64,000 bases of DNA from Candidatus Poribacteria bacterium. GTDB lineage: Bacteria > Poribacteria > WGA-4E > WGA-3G. The DNA is taken from contig OZ243938.1 in assembly GCA_965214095.1 (NCBI GenBank), positions 4,704,001 to 4,768,000 of the forward strand, read 5' to 3'. The notes under the pieces were generated by a model, which worked only from the letters and a program-made list of their open reading frames with translations, made no database searches and was not told the origin of the DNA. Of this stretch, positions 9,338 to 20,700 are shown piece after piece; position 1 is the stretch's first letter, and each line of letters starts with the position of its first letter. The translations under genes were made by a program, and so were the position numbers.

Positions 9338-10756
9338 CTAACTATCTAAATGGAAGACTGCCATTTTAGTTTCAGTCATCTCTTCAATAGCGTATTTCGG
9401 TCCCTCTTTGCCCATTCCGCTTTCTTTCACACCACCATACGGCATCAGATCTGCACGCCATTGTGTACCCCAGTTCACCATTAGATTTCCTGATTCCACT
9501 TCTCTGACAAAACGCATTGCCCAATCAATATTCTGTGTGAAGATAGCAGCACTCAATCCGTAGTTCGTATCGTTAGCAAGCGCGATAGCTTCGTCAATGT
9601 CGTTGACACGGGTGACACCGACTGCTGGTCCGAATATCTCATCACAGGATATTTTCATCTCAGGTTTGACATTAGCGAGAATAGCAGGTGTTACAAACTG
9701 ATCTTGCTTTTCGCCACCTGTGAGGAGTTCAGCACCGTCCGAGACTGCTTCTTCTATCCATTCAGTGACACGCGTAGCGTCCGCTTCCCGAATCATTGGT
9801 CCCATACGCACACCAGATTCCAACGGATTGCCGATACCAATCTGGGATACTTCTGCTTGGAAAGCATCTAAAAAATCTCCATAGATCTTTTCATGAGCAA
9901 TTACTCTTTGCGTAGAGATACATACCTGTCCAGCATTGGAATAGCCGGAAGCTGCTGCTGCTTTTGCGACTTTTTCCGGGTCGGCATCAGGCATCACAAT
10001 GAGCGGGGAATTTGAACCGAGTTCCATCGTCACGCGTTTCAATCCTGCCACTTTACATATATGTTCACCTACGTCACGACTTCCTGTAAAGGTAATCTTT
10101 CTGACCCGACGATCCGCACAAAGAGTGTCGCCGATTTCACCACCCGGACCTGTCACACACTGAATAGCTTCAGGAGGTGTGCCTGCTTCTAAGAATAACT
10201 CTACCAATTTCAGTGCGGAAAGTGGTGTATCCGTTGCCGGTTTGATAATGATAGCGTTTCCACCTGCAATTGCTGGTCCAGCCTTGTGACAAACAAGATG
10301 TAGTGGGAAGTTGAAGGGACTAATTCCAGCGACAATACCACAAGGGACACGTACTGTAAACCCGAGTTTGTTTTTTACACCTGGTGCACCTTCAAGCGGA
10401 ATTGTTTCGCCAGTCATCCGTTTTGCTTCCTCTGCCGAGAGCGCAATGATTTCAGATGCGCGAGTGGATTCACCTGTTGCTTCCGCTAAGATTTTTCCTT
10501 CCTCACGGGTGATAACTTCAGCGAGTTCATCAGCCCGTTCAACCATTAAGTCTGCAACTTTCCTTAATATTTCATATCGTTCATATCCTGTCAAACCTGC
10601 CATGATTTTTGCGCCGCGTTCTGCGGTTTGAATAGCAGTTTCGACATCCGCTGCATCTCCTTTTGGTACAGTATCAACTACTGACCCATCAAAAGGACTT
10701 AGAACGTCTATTTTATTTGATTTATCAACCCATTTACCACCAACGTGCATTTGCAT
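9338..10756 (-). CDS. NAD(P)-dependent aldehyde dehydrogenase
   Basis: Motifs PFNFP, FTGS, MELG, GQVC, EIFGP and YGL. Confidence 0.95.
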   Translation of the reverse strand: MQMHVGGKWVDKSNKIDVLSPFDGSVVDTVPKGDAADVETAIQTAERGAKIMAGLTGYERYEILRKVADLMVERADELAEVITREEGKILAEATGESTRASEIIALSAEEAKRMTGETIPLEGAPGVKNKLGFTVRVPCGIVAGISPFNFPLHLVCHKAGPAIAGGNAIIIKPATDTPLSALKLVELFLEAGTPPEAIQCVTGPGGEIGDTLCADRRVRKITFTGSRDVGEHICKVAGLKRVTMELGSNSPLIVMPDADPEKVAKAAAASGYSNAGQVCISTQRVIAHEKIYGDFLDAFQAEVSQIGIGNPLESGVRMGPMIREADATRVTEWIEEAVSDGAELLTGGEKQDQFVTPAILANVKPEMKISCDEIFGPAVGVTRVNDIDEAIALANDTNYGLSAAIFTQNIDWAMRFVREVESGNLMVNWGTQWRADLMPYGGVKESGMGKEGPKYAIEEMTETKMAVFHLDS

Positions 10757-10800
10757 AATGCGTATTCTCCATTTCTATATTGTACGCGTGTTGCATACTT

Positions 10801-11574
10801 CTATTGTGATTTAGATTTCAATAATCCCCATGTTATGGTTGCTTTTCCAGTGGCTTCAACAGCAGCATAGTCTTCTAATCCTGTTTCCATTACATCGTTG
10901 ACTTGTGCTTCAGTGAGTGCTTTCGTAAAAAAGCCTACTTCATCAAAAAGACCTGTTGCAGCAACGTTGCCAGGTCGTGCTCCTATCCAGATAGGTGATT
11001 TACTGGTATCAAGTTTTCCACCACTCGCCATTTCAACTTCTAATTTACCATCAACAAACATCTGAACCTTGCTGCCATCATAGACTTTAGCGATATGATG
11101 CCATGTTCCATCTGCAACGATAGTTTTACCCGGCATACGCGACTCCTCCCCGTTGACGTGCCACATAAACACTGGATAGTCAGCATCATGGATCCATATA
11201 TCAAGATGACGTACAAGATTGGCCTCGGGCCAAACTTCCCCATTACGCCAAACGATGTACTGCCATGAAGCAGCATTCAGTTTTACCCAAGCAACAAATG
11301 TATATGGATCAGAGTTGAAAACGTTATCATGGTCAATTCGAACATAACTATCACCATTTCCTGGGAATTCCAGTGCTCCACTGAACTTGCCATTGTCAAC
11401 CCATTCCAGTGTGCCTTTGATGTTACCATCGTGTCCACTGACAATATCTTCAACAACTTTTCCTCTTCCTTCTTCAAATAACCATGCACTAACTAAACCC
11501 AGTTTTGCTGCATGTGCGGAAAAGGACATAACAAATATAAGTATTGTCAAACACAAAATAAGAGTTTTCATCAT
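10801..11574 (-). CDS. Secreted LamG/ConA-like lectin domain protein with a C-terminal TWxxLK tail
   Basis: GGAGGT RBS before MMKTLIL. Motifs WLFEEG, GALEF, WHHIA and GLFDEV; ends GKATITWGLLKSKSQ. Confidence 0.85.
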   Translation of the reverse strand: MMKTLILCLTILIFVMSFSAHAAKLGLVSAWLFEEGRGKVVEDIVSGHDGNIKGTLEWVDNGKFSGALEFPGNGDSYVRIDHDNVFNSDPYTFVAWVKLNAASWQYIVWRNGEVWPEANLVRHLDIWIHDADYPVFMWHVNGEESRMPGKTIVADGTWHHIAKVYDGSKVQMFVDGKLEVEMASGGKLDTSKSPIWIGARPGNVAATGLFDEVGFFTKALTEAQVNDVMETGLEDYAAVEATGKATITWGLLKSKSQ

Positions 11575-11602
11575 ATTACCTCCAAAAAGTTGTAAAACCA
11601 AT

Positions 11603-12607
11603 TTAGACGCGGCATTTATCCAGAGCGTCCTCATCCAATTCCACACCTAATCCTGGTTTGTCGGGTATCGTTGCGTATCCGTTATCAAGTGGGATTGTTG
11701 AGGGTGTAACGATGTCAAAAGCGCGTAAAGCATTCAATGTGATTGATGGCATCGTCGCGTTTCGCATCACAGCTGCGAGATGCATAACAAAAGTAGTTGT
11801 TATACCGAGTCCAACAATCTGTATCCATACCGGTAAATCTGCTGACTCTGATATGATTGCTTCTCGTTTAGCATTTGCAGCGCGTGAATCAGGATATGCA
11901 ATAATAAATGAATCGTTCATTCTTGCTCGGATGGCTTTAACAGGATCAGGATTACCGAAGTGAATTGTAATCGGCATGTCGGTGTGTCGTTTTATCTCTT
12001 GGTATCCTTCAATATCTGATTGAGGTATCGGCGTTTCAAATGACTCAATGTTGAAATCCTGAAGTTGTCGTGCGACCTCCAAGGTTTGTTCTGGTGTTTT
12101 AAACGAGTCATTAGCATCTACTCGGAGTTGAAAATCGTCTGGTACTACTTCAGCGATCGCGGCAACCTGTTCACGAACTTCAAACCAAGGACGTGCCTTG
12201 ATTTTATGTAGCCGATAACCGAGTGCATAAGCATGTTTTGCTTCTGCTGCCCATTCTTCAGGTGTCATGTCGATTGACCAATACCCGAATGAAGTCTTAT
12301 CGTTAACTTTTTCACCTAAGAGTTGGTGGACTGGCACACCGAGTGATTTTCCCATGATGTCATAAAAAGCCTGTTGTAAAGGTGTCGGTGCCCAACCACT
12401 CATAAACTCAAACGGGTTTCTATCGATGTATTTTTGAATCGATTCTTCCGATTGAAATGAACCATCCCCTATACCAGTGATTCCATCATCTGTATGGACT
12501 TTGTAAACATGATCAATCTGATAGAGATTACGACTTGTCATCAATTCATAGATGCCTTCATGATATGGCACTCTCACCTTGATAACTTCAATATCTGTGA
12601 TTTTCAT
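11603..12607 (-). CDS. Mandelate racemase/muconate lactonizing enzyme (enolase superfamily) protein
   Basis: Motifs DIMGKSLGVPVHQLLG, KIK, RVDAN, ETP and PGLGVELD. Confidence 0.88.
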   Translation of the reverse strand: MKITDIEVIKVRVPYHEGIYELMTSRNLYQIDHVYKVHTDDGITGIGDGSFQSEESIQKYIDRNPFEFMSGWAPTPLQQAFYDIMGKSLGVPVHQLLGEKVNDKTSFGYWSIDMTPEEWAAEAKHAYALGYRLHKIKARPWFEVREQVAAIAEVVPDDFQLRVDANDSFKTPEQTLEVARQLQDFNIESFETPIPQSDIEGYQEIKRHTDMPITIHFGNPDPVKAIRARMNDSFIIAYPDSRAANAKREAIISESADLPVWIQIVGLGITTTFVMHLAAVMRNATMPSITLNALRAFDIVTPSTIPLDNGYATIPDKPGLGVELDEDALDKCRV

Positions 12608-12680
12608 GATATTGATTCCTCCGTTTCAGGAATATATGATCCTATATAAAATTCAATAGCCTAATATACTGACAGGTATT

Positions 12681-13133
12681 CTATTCATCACGACGAATCC
12701 AACTGACCACATCTTCTGCTTCACCGGATCCACCTTCAACTCCGTCACTGCCAAAGGATATTAGGTCGTATCCATATTGGTCATGCACTCCTGGACGTAC
12801 GTAAATATAAGGATTTCCCCATGGATCTTCGGTAATCGGTATCTGAATGTATGGAACTAACCAGTATATTGGAATTGGCGGTTCTTCAGGATGTTCCCAA
12901 AGTGCTTTTAATCCTTGTTCCGTAGATGGATAGTCTCCATTGTCTTTGGCATACCTATCAAGAGCGATGCCAAGCGTTTCAATGTCTTCCGCAGCTTGTG
13001 TTTGTAATGCCCGTCCTGCTTGACCGAGTAATCGAGGTGCTAAGAGTACAGCTGCAATAACTGCAAGAATGACTATGACAATTAATAGTTGTACCAGCGT
13101 TATACCGGATTGTTGTTTGTAAAATGGTTTCAC
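12681..13133 (-). CDS. gspG: Type II secretion major pseudopilin GspG-like protein
   Basis: GTG start with a GGAGAGG RBS. Prepilin G|ITLVQLL; motifs YPSTEQGLKAL, DPWGNPYIY and SFGSDG. Confidence 0.8.
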   Translation of the reverse strand: MKPFYKQQSGITLVQLLIVIVILAVIAAVLLAPRLLGQAGRALQTQAAEDIETLGIALDRYAKDNGDYPSTEQGLKALWEHPEEPPIPIYWLVPYIQIPITEDPWGNPYIYVRPGVHDQYGYDLISFGSDGVEGGSGEAEDVVSWIRRDE

Positions 13134-13208
13134 GAATGCCTCTCCACATTTTTCTATTTTGAATGTGTTTACAAAGTTTAGCATATAATGTTGAATGAGT
13201 CAATACAA

Positions 13209-13847
13209 CTATTTTAAGTGAATCTGTGGATCATCCTCATAAGCGGAATCAATTTGCACCAAACGTTGTAAAGTGATACAGAATAGTCCAAATAGTGATT
13301 TCAGCAATGCTGTTTCTTTTATTACACCTACACAGGAAAAGTACAATTCATCAACACCTTCAGGAAAATCGGTGCCGAACCATCCTTCATCATCTTTTAT
13401 TGTAAAGTATATTCTCGGTTGTTGCTGACATAGTTCCTTTATCTTTGGTTCTGCAAGGAGTAACTTTATCTTTTCAGGATTATTACCTTTTATAATGAAC
13501 TTGTCATCAAAGAAAGGATCACCTATTTCAATATCCTGCATACCGAAGAATTTTCCGATTGAACTGAAAAATCCTTCTCGTGTAATTTTGAAATAGAGAC
13601 CATCCTTGTTAATGAAAGGTGCACGCATCCGAGTATATGTTGTTGTGGAAGTTGTTGTTCCAGTAGATGTTGTTTGGGTGTAAGTATCAAGTAGAATTTG
13701 CCATTCACCGTGTTTGTAGATGAGTACGTCCTTCTTCCAAAACCCACCATCAATATATTCACCACCGATGTCTGTTGCGATTTGTGACCAGATTTCGTCC
13801 TTTGATGGACCGAAAATGCCTCTGCGTTTTTTCATCTTTTTCTCCAT
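13209..13847 (-). CDS. Conserved hypothetical protein (DUF3137-like)
   Basis: 212 aa containing QDIEIGDPFFDDKFII. Confidence 0.6.
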   Translation of the reverse strand: MEKKMKKRRGIFGPSKDEIWSQIATDIGGEYIDGGFWKKDVLIYKHGEWQILLDTYTQTTSTGTTTSTTTYTRMRAPFINKDGLYFKITREGFFSSIGKFFGMQDIEIGDPFFDDKFIIKGNNPEKIKLLLAEPKIKELCQQQPRIYFTIKDDEGWFGTDFPEGVDELYFSCVGVIKETALLKSLFGLFCITLQRLVQIDSAYEDDPQIHLK

Positions 13848-13857
13848 ATCTATGTTA

Positions 13858-14097
13858 TTAATTTACTTCGGTATAGGTTCGCCATAAACCTTTTGGATTC
13901 TCAACCGATAGACCAACATTTCCACATTCACCACAAACTGTTGCTCGTAATGGTTCACGATGTAAGCCTTTGAAGATCTTTGCGTTAGGGTTGCCTTGAA
14001 GTGTAACCATCAAAGTACTTCCGAATGATTGTTCACTCAGTGCAAGATTCTGCATGATTTTATCAGATCCGCATTGAGCACATTTAATTTCAGACAT
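13858..14097 (-). CDS. Small zinc-ribbon protein
   Basis: CAQC...CGECG; AGGAG RBS. Confidence 0.75.
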   Translation of the reverse strand: MSEIKCAQCGSDKIMQNLALSEQSFGSTLMVTLQGNPNAKIFKGLHREPLRATVCGECGNVGLSVENPKGLWRTYTEVN

Positions 14098-14128
14098 TTA
14101 CATTACTCCTAATTTCAATTTTGTATGT

Positions 14129-14266
14129 TATAGTGAAATGCAAAAAATATGTGCACACTCTCCAGTAAATGAGGTTTCCTAACCACATCTATGAGACTGA
14201 ACAAACACCGGTTCGGTTAGGAAACCGAACCTACCGTCGTATGTAAATAATTTTGGTTTTTACTAA
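14129..14266. repeat. MITE-like family 1 (TATAGT(G/A)AAA ends) holding two GGTTTCCTAACC REP hairpins
   Basis: Inverted near-copies at 39271-39410 and 49628-49767; expanded copy at 24592-24906. Confidence 0.8.
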
Positions 14267-15391
14267 TTATATTTGGTCGCTTCGCCATCTTTCAAGCGGA
14301 TGATCACGCGGTGTTAGGGGCATATAAATGCGACGTTTCTGTCTATGTGATTCCCATGTGGTATGTATCATTTCAAGACAATCACGTCCGTCTCTGCCGC
14401 TTGCAAACGGGTCTCGGTTTTCTTCTATTGCCTCAATCAGATCACGTAACATAAGACGTTGTAGTAGCAGACGTATAGAACCTTTATCCCGCTGATTGCC
14501 TTTTTCATCAATATTTTCTTCAGGAAGATGCACTGGATCCCAAGGTTGATCTGGTGTTTTATGTTGCCCTTTATGAATAAACATTGTGGTTCCGACGCTC
14601 TCCCGGATAGCGATACGGCCTTCAGTGCCAATAATGTCTATACCATAAGCGTTATCATTGGTTTGGGGTTGTGCAAGGAATTGGACATCTGCATGGATAC
14701 CGTTCTTAAAGCGAAAGGAAGCATGACCACGTTCCCCCAGAACAAGTCCAGCATCTCGGTCATGAGGGTGTACCTCTTGTGTGAGTTTAATGTCGTCCAC
14801 GGTGGATTCGCGTCCATCCATTTGCATCAGATGTGCATGTGTCCATTCAACATCCCCACCGAAAAGCCGTAACCAATCATATAAGTGAGTTCCCATCTCC
14901 ATGAGTGAATTTCCTACCTTGCGTCCACCTTTATCTGTGGCTTTCATCAGCACAACATCACCGATTTCGCCTTTCTCAATTAGTGAAAGAACATGACGAT
15001 TGTATGGACTTGCACGTTTGATATGGTTGATTGCGAACTTTACATTATTCTGGTCACAGGTATCTACCATCTCATCTGCTTGGATAAGGTTGAGTGCGAT
15101 GGGTTTTTCACAGAAAACATGGATACCGCGCTTTGCAGCTGCAATCGTGGGAGGGTGGTGCATGGGTGCTTGCGTTGGGATGATAACGATGTCTGGTTTC
15201 TGTTCGTCAAGCATCTTTTCATAGTCGTCATAGATTGCTTTGACACTGAATCGCTCACCCCATGCTTTTGCACGGTCAGGATTGATTTCTGCTCCAGCAA
15301 TGAGTTCACAGTTTTCCTCTAACTTTGCTGCTTGTGCATGGCTGCCACCCATTCCTCCGAGTCCGATGATTGCTATTCGGTATTGTTTCAT
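14267..15391 (-). CDS. Gfo/Idh/MocA family oxidoreductase
   Basis: GLGGMG Rossmann motif, HVFCEKP and MGTHLYD. Confidence 0.92.
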   Translation of the reverse strand: MKQYRIAIIGLGGMGGSHAQAAKLEENCELIAGAEINPDRAKAWGERFSVKAIYDDYEKMLDEQKPDIVIIPTQAPMHHPPTIAAAKRGIHVFCEKPIALNLIQADEMVDTCDQNNVKFAINHIKRASPYNRHVLSLIEKGEIGDVVLMKATDKGGRKVGNSLMEMGTHLYDWLRLFGGDVEWTHAHLMQMDGRESTVDDIKLTQEVHPHDRDAGLVLGERGHASFRFKNGIHADVQFLAQPQTNDNAYGIDIIGTEGRIAIRESVGTTMFIHKGQHKTPDQPWDPVHLPEENIDEKGNQRDKGSIRLLLQRLMLRDLIEAIEENRDPFASGRDGRDCLEMIHTTWESHRQKRRIYMPLTPRDHPLERWRSDQI

Positions 15392-15516
15392 ATAATGCTC
15401 CGAAGTTGAATATTCAGGTTTTAAACTATATTACCAAGTATAGATTGAAAGTGCAATAAAAAACGGCACTGTAGTAGTACCGGATATGTATGAGTATTGG
15501 ATTATATATGGAGATT

Positions 15517-16503
15517 CTATTGTGTTTTTACATTTGCCCATGTTGTTGTTAGCTTATCTGTATTGGGAGTAACATTGTACACCCCCTCGGTATCTAAAGC
15601 GAGACCTATTACATAATTCAATCCTGTAAGTATATCGATGACATTTGTACCATCAAGATTGCCTCTTCGGATTTTACTCTTATTGATATTGTGATTTTTT
15701 TCAATCCAATATATCTTTTGAGAGTGAGCATCCAAAACAATTTCTGTAGGAGTGTTTAGATCGGCAAGTAAAGTTTCAACATTTTTTCCCTCAAGTGATG
15801 CTATTCTTATTTCACCACGAGTCATTTTTGTCCAATATATATTACTGTTAACCAAATCTAGGGCTATTCTGTCATGATGTATAACACCTCCACGTAGTAT
15901 TTCGTAATTTGATCCATCCATGTTCACCCGTGCGATATTATCCTCAAAAGAATCTTGGAAATAAATTTTACCTGCTTTTAGGTCAAGTTTAATGTCTTCA
16001 GCATCGACTCTAATATCAAAAATCCCTCCATTTACAGGTGGAATTCTTATATCTTCAATATTGCCACCATCCAAATCTGCACGTGACATTCTCCATGGTC
16101 CAGACACATTACCCCAATATATCTTATTTCCTATTGTATCTATTGCAATGCTGCATGGGGATGGCAGCGGTTTTCCTTGTTCTTCAAGCATTGTATCACG
16201 ATTGATGATAATTTCAATGTCAGAACCGTCAAGGTTTGCACGATATATTCTCTTATATCTTAAGGTAACCCAGTAGATCTTACGGTTGGTTAAGTCCAAT
16301 GCAATATCAAATGGTGAATCCAATTCCGTTATGACATTTTCAACATTGGTTCCATCAAGGTTAGCACGTCTTATTTTATCCGTTTCTGTCCAGTATATTT
16401 TTGGACTTCCCTGTGCGTAAGTAATGCCTTGAATAGCAGAAAACAATATAACTATGGAGAAAACTAACTGGAGACATTGGTTTGATAACAATATATTTTT
16501 CAT
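15517..16503 (-). CDS. Secreted YWTD (LDL-receptor class B) beta-propeller protein with a TTTWxxxK tail
   Basis: Repeated IALD...KIYWT...IRRANLDG units; ends DKLTTTWANVKTQ. Confidence 0.88.
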   Translation of the reverse strand: MKNILLSNQCLQLVFSIVILFSAIQGITYAQGSPKIYWTETDKIRRANLDGTNVENVITELDSPFDIALDLTNRKIYWVTLRYKRIYRANLDGSDIEIIINRDTMLEEQGKPLPSPCSIAIDTIGNKIYWGNVSGPWRMSRADLDGGNIEDIRIPPVNGGIFDIRVDAEDIKLDLKAGKIYFQDSFEDNIARVNMDGSNYEILRGGVIHHDRIALDLVNSNIYWTKMTRGEIRIASLEGKNVETLLADLNTPTEIVLDAHSQKIYWIEKNHNINKSKIRRGNLDGTNVIDILTGLNYVIGLALDTEGVYNVTPNTDKLTTTWANVKTQ

Positions 16504-16515
16504 GAGATGTATCCT

Positions 16516-17607
16516 TTACTTGGATTTCATATTTGCCCAAGTTGTAGTCAGTTGGTTTGAACTTGGTGAAACATCGTAAGGCCCTTCAGTGTCTATATCT
16601 AAACCTGATGGAGAATTTAAATTAGTGATTATATCCCTAACGTTTGTACCATCAAGGTTTGACTGTTGTATTTTTCCAATATCAGATTGCCAATCTAATT
16701 CTAACCAGTACATTTTTCCGGCACGTAGATCTAATGCAATGTCATAAGGAAAATTTAGTCCTGTAACAAGCGTTTCTGTCTTATCTCCGTTTAGGTTTGC
16801 CCGAAATATCTTTCCGGTAACAGTGTTCGACCAGTACATCATTTCATCGTGTAAATCTAATGCTAATGCATAAGCAGTACGCATATCAGTAATAATGTCT
16901 TCAGGGTCAGATCCATCAAGATTTGCGCGTTGGATTTTGCTAGCAAGTCCATCCGTCCAGTAAATTTTACTTGTATCACTGTCAATTTCAATATTAATTG
17001 GATGAAGCCACTGTTTCATTCTAATGTTAAATGGTACAATCAATTCTCTAATTTCAATATCTTCAATATTGATGCCGTCAAGATTTGAACTTTGAAAAAT
17101 ATCTAAATGATCGTTACCCCAGTAGATATTGTTTTTGTTTTCGTCAATAGCGATACAGATGGGAGCAATTAGTTTTTCATGTGGTAGTTTAACATGCTTT
17201 CCATCTTTTGGTGTTGCTATACCTTCACATTTCCCGTTTTGACACGTTATCCTCAATTTTCCTTCACCTGGTCCAAGATTGAATCCAGTTATGACATTTT
17301 CAATATTGGAACCGTCAAGGTTTGCAGATTGAATTATTGAAGCATAGTCTGTTATCCAATACATCTTACGGTTGCGTATATCCAAAGTGATGTCACCAGC
17401 AGCTTGTAAACCTGTAACTACATTCTCAATATTGGAGCCATTCAAATTTGCACGTATAATTTTGTCTTGCAATGTTTCTTCATCCCTTTCAATCCAGTAT
17501 AATTTCCCTTTCCCATAAGCATGATTGGTATCTAAATGATTACTAATCAACATAATGGCAATCAGAATTAGCAGCAGATGGGGTCGCTTCCAGTACTGAT
17601 AGTTCAT
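16516..17607 (-). CDS. Secreted YWTD beta-propeller protein with a TTTWxxxK tail
   Basis: AAGGAG RBS before MNYQYW; KMYW/KIYWTD repeats; ends NQLTTTWANMKSK. Confidence 0.88.
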   Translation of the reverse strand: MNYQYWKRPHLLLILIAIMLISNHLDTNHAYGKGKLYWIERDEETLQDKIIRANLNGSNIENVVTGLQAAGDITLDIRNRKMYWITDYASIIQSANLDGSNIENVITGFNLGPGEGKLRITCQNGKCEGIATPKDGKHVKLPHEKLIAPICIAIDENKNNIYWGNDHLDIFQSSNLDGINIEDIEIRELIVPFNIRMKQWLHPINIEIDSDTSKIYWTDGLASKIQRANLDGSDPEDIITDMRTAYALALDLHDEMMYWSNTVTGKIFRANLNGDKTETLVTGLNFPYDIALDLRAGKMYWLELDWQSDIGKIQQSNLDGTNVRDIITNLNSPSGLDIDTEGPYDVSPSSNQLTTTWANMKSK

Positions 17608-17629
17608 ATTATTTTCTCCTTTAATCACA

Positions 17630-17731
17630 AATAGTGAATTGTAAATATAAGTTGACACTTTCGTCCCATGGGAGGGGAGGTTTCCTAACCTCGCCGATGC
17701 AGAGTGTTCAAGTAATTTCAAAATCTACTAC
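17630..17731. repeat. Degenerate family-1-related element with a GAGGTTTCCTAACCTC hairpin
   Basis: TAGTGAA...CTACTA ends and the same REP core as family 1. Confidence 0.5.
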
Positions 17732-17742
17732 ATAAGTAATTC

Positions 17743-17777
17743 TATTGACGACTATGCTAAAGCAAGTGTCGTCAATA
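17743..17777 (-). terminator. Stem-loop downstream of the 1110-aa gene
   Basis: 10-bp stem TATTGACGAC/GTCGTCAATA; the U-tract is weak. Confidence 0.5.
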
Positions 17778-17796
17778 CACCTGTGTTAGTAATAGA

Positions 17797-20700
17797 TTAG
17801 AATCCTGCCATTGCTCTAACATACATTGTGTTCGTAACAGTATTCCTGAAGAGATTAGTCGTCCTACGGACACCTGCAAGAACGATAATAGTTGCCCCAA
17901 GCCATTGTCCTCTGTTGATGGTCTGGATTTCAAGAATTCGTGTTCTCAAATCAGGACGATAGATAGACGGAACAGGAGTGTCAACAGAATATTTCTGCAG
18001 ATATTTCTTAAAATTTTGATCTCTATTGACAAACTTCCTGTATTGGAATCCACCAAGCAACTTAATTTTTGGTGAGAAATGGTAATCAAGTCGTACGCCA
18101 AGTATGTCCTCACGACTTCTGCGATTAAATCGCAAATATTCAACGACTTCTAAATCAGTTGGTGCGAACAAGTCTGGATTGAGTGTTTTTGGTATTTCCT
18201 CTGCAGTTCGGTCAAATGCCCTATCCCAAACATACTTAGCCATCGGTGTTAGAACAAGATCAACACCAATTCTATTAAAATGTGGGAGATCACCGAGTGG
18301 TATTTCATACCTTCCCTTTAGAATAGTTAACTGATTCCGTATATTTCTATCTGGATACCGTCGTTTTTTCCAGTTCGTTTTGTCATAGATCAAACCTGTG
18401 TCATTTGGATCCAGCGCGTTTATCCCGTGATCAGGATAAAATGGAGATTCCCGCCGGTCACCTGAAGAGCGAATCTGGTTCTCAAGTACCATAAAATCAA
18501 CACGTTCATCTGCTTCAAAACTTTTTGTAATTGGGTCATATTCTACATCTGTGAACAGTGCGTTCGTTTCATCTTGTTTAAGTTGTTTTTGCATGACCAC
18601 TAAAGATTTCGCTTCAAGTGTTAAGTTAGGCACTGCAGAATAGATACATTGGAAAATTGTCGTATTTTTCCGAGCGTTATAATAATCAAGTTCATCATTG
18701 ATGGATACAGTATCTAATTCACCAACAGGTAAAGTGATTGTGTAATCTGGAATATCATCCTGAACTCTGACGAACCGATTTTGGAATGCTATGCTACCAA
18801 AATCTGGGATGTCACGATCATAAATGACATGTACATATTTTGAGTTGTTTTTGCGCCTACTTGATATTTCTCTTTCGTTCAACCACCCTATCTGTAGAGA
18901 GAGATTGTTTAGCAGATCATATTTTGCATTGATGTGATAACCTTGACGATCAATACCGTATTCATATTGTGGTTCAAGATTATCTTCAATTGTATCTATT
19001 GTTCCGTTATTATTCAGATCTATTATACCCTTGAATACAGGCGGATCTGCATCAAAAATGAGAAAATCCTCATGATAATCTAATACACCGTTTTGATCTC
19101 TGTCATCTGCTCGAGGAATTACACCGTCAAAATCAACATCATCGGGCCAACCATCTTGATCATCATCATCCTCAATCAGAATATAATTATTGACTTCCCA
19201 TGAGTCTATTTCTCCAGGTAGTCGATCTATATCTACATTCTTATCAAGAGTAAAAACTGAACCCCTGTTTGGATTTGGACCAAGATTCAAATATGTGGTT
19301 GTGTATCCTGGATCAATGTGATATAGGACACCTGCTAAGTGAAGTTTTTCAAATCGAGATTCAAGGTGTATGAACCACGCCTTTTCTCTACCGAGTTTGC
19401 CATCTGCATCAACATCTGTTCCATCTCCACCTAAGAATGCTTCAAAACGTTCACCTTCCGTTTCAGAATAGGTTGGAACACCGTTGGCATCAACATGAAG
19501 TCCCGTTCTTGGGTTAATAGTCACACCAGAAGGTTGATCTCCATCAGGTGTCTTGACGATTGTTTGCGTTCGACTATATCCTACTTTATCTTTTGGAAGT
19601 GTAGGATACTGTTTGTATTTGCCATTGACGGAGTAATGTGTTCTGATGAAGATATTGCCGATTCTTCCTTCAAGGTCGATTCCGTAAAGTGTGGCAGCAC
19701 GGGCAGCACCGTATCGGTAACTGACTTTACGAGGTCTACCTTCGCCGTTCCATAGGCTTGGATTGTCCTTCAGTTTATCTCTATCTTTTATGTATTCTGG
19801 AGATTGTCCATAATTACCGGGAGCTTGTATAACATCACGATATGGCATCTGTATGTGACCATCAGAAGTTTTGATCCATTCCTGGAGATCAGGATTTTCA
19901 CCTGCTTGATTTGCCTTACTCAATCCAATAACAGCAATGTTATAATCACCCGCAACAATCATTTCAAAAACAACAGATTTGACTGTTCGTGGGTCTATGT
20001 TTATATCAATATCGTAAAGGTTGAAGTCATATTTCATTTTATTGAAACCAGTCACTATTTTCCATTCACTGTCAACTGAATCGACGATATTTGATGTGCC
20101 AACAGGTACAAGTTGGTCTGCAGAAATATCAAACACGTGAGTTTCTTTCGGTAATGGATTAGGTTCAAGACCTTCATCAATCTCTTCAGGAGTTAATTCA
20201 GTAAGTGCCTGAGTAACGATTGTTATTCGCATACTTTTGAATGCTGCGCCTACACCTTCTTGGATATTGTCGCTATGTAAATCGGGGTCATATTCATAAA
20301 AATCTGTGAAGGCTCTTGTGTAATTATCTTCAGGTGAGTCATCTCGGAAGACAACAGAGATTGTCTCTGGGGGTATATTTGGGACTGTTCCCATGTAGCT
20401 GGAGATTATACGTTCAGGATGTTGTTTGTGCATATTAATATAGGTATAACCAACACGAAGATTTTCTGTTAAAAGCGTTTGTCCGCGAAAACCGATGAGT
20501 CGTGTATTTTCAATATTTCTGACACGTGAAAGCGGATTCCACCCGTTTCTCCGACCAAGATCCAATCCTATAGCTTCTGGATCCATTGCTGCTCTAACTA
20601 ACCTGATAGGATTAGAAATACGTGAGTGAAGAAAAGAAAATAGATGATGTTCTTGAACGAAAGAGATGTCCCAACGGAGTCCATCAAATTCTGTCTTTGA

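Noticed and set aside
17608-17721. N-terminal extension of the 401-aa ORF
   Set aside because: It runs through a repeat element. The RBS and signal peptide support a start at 17607.
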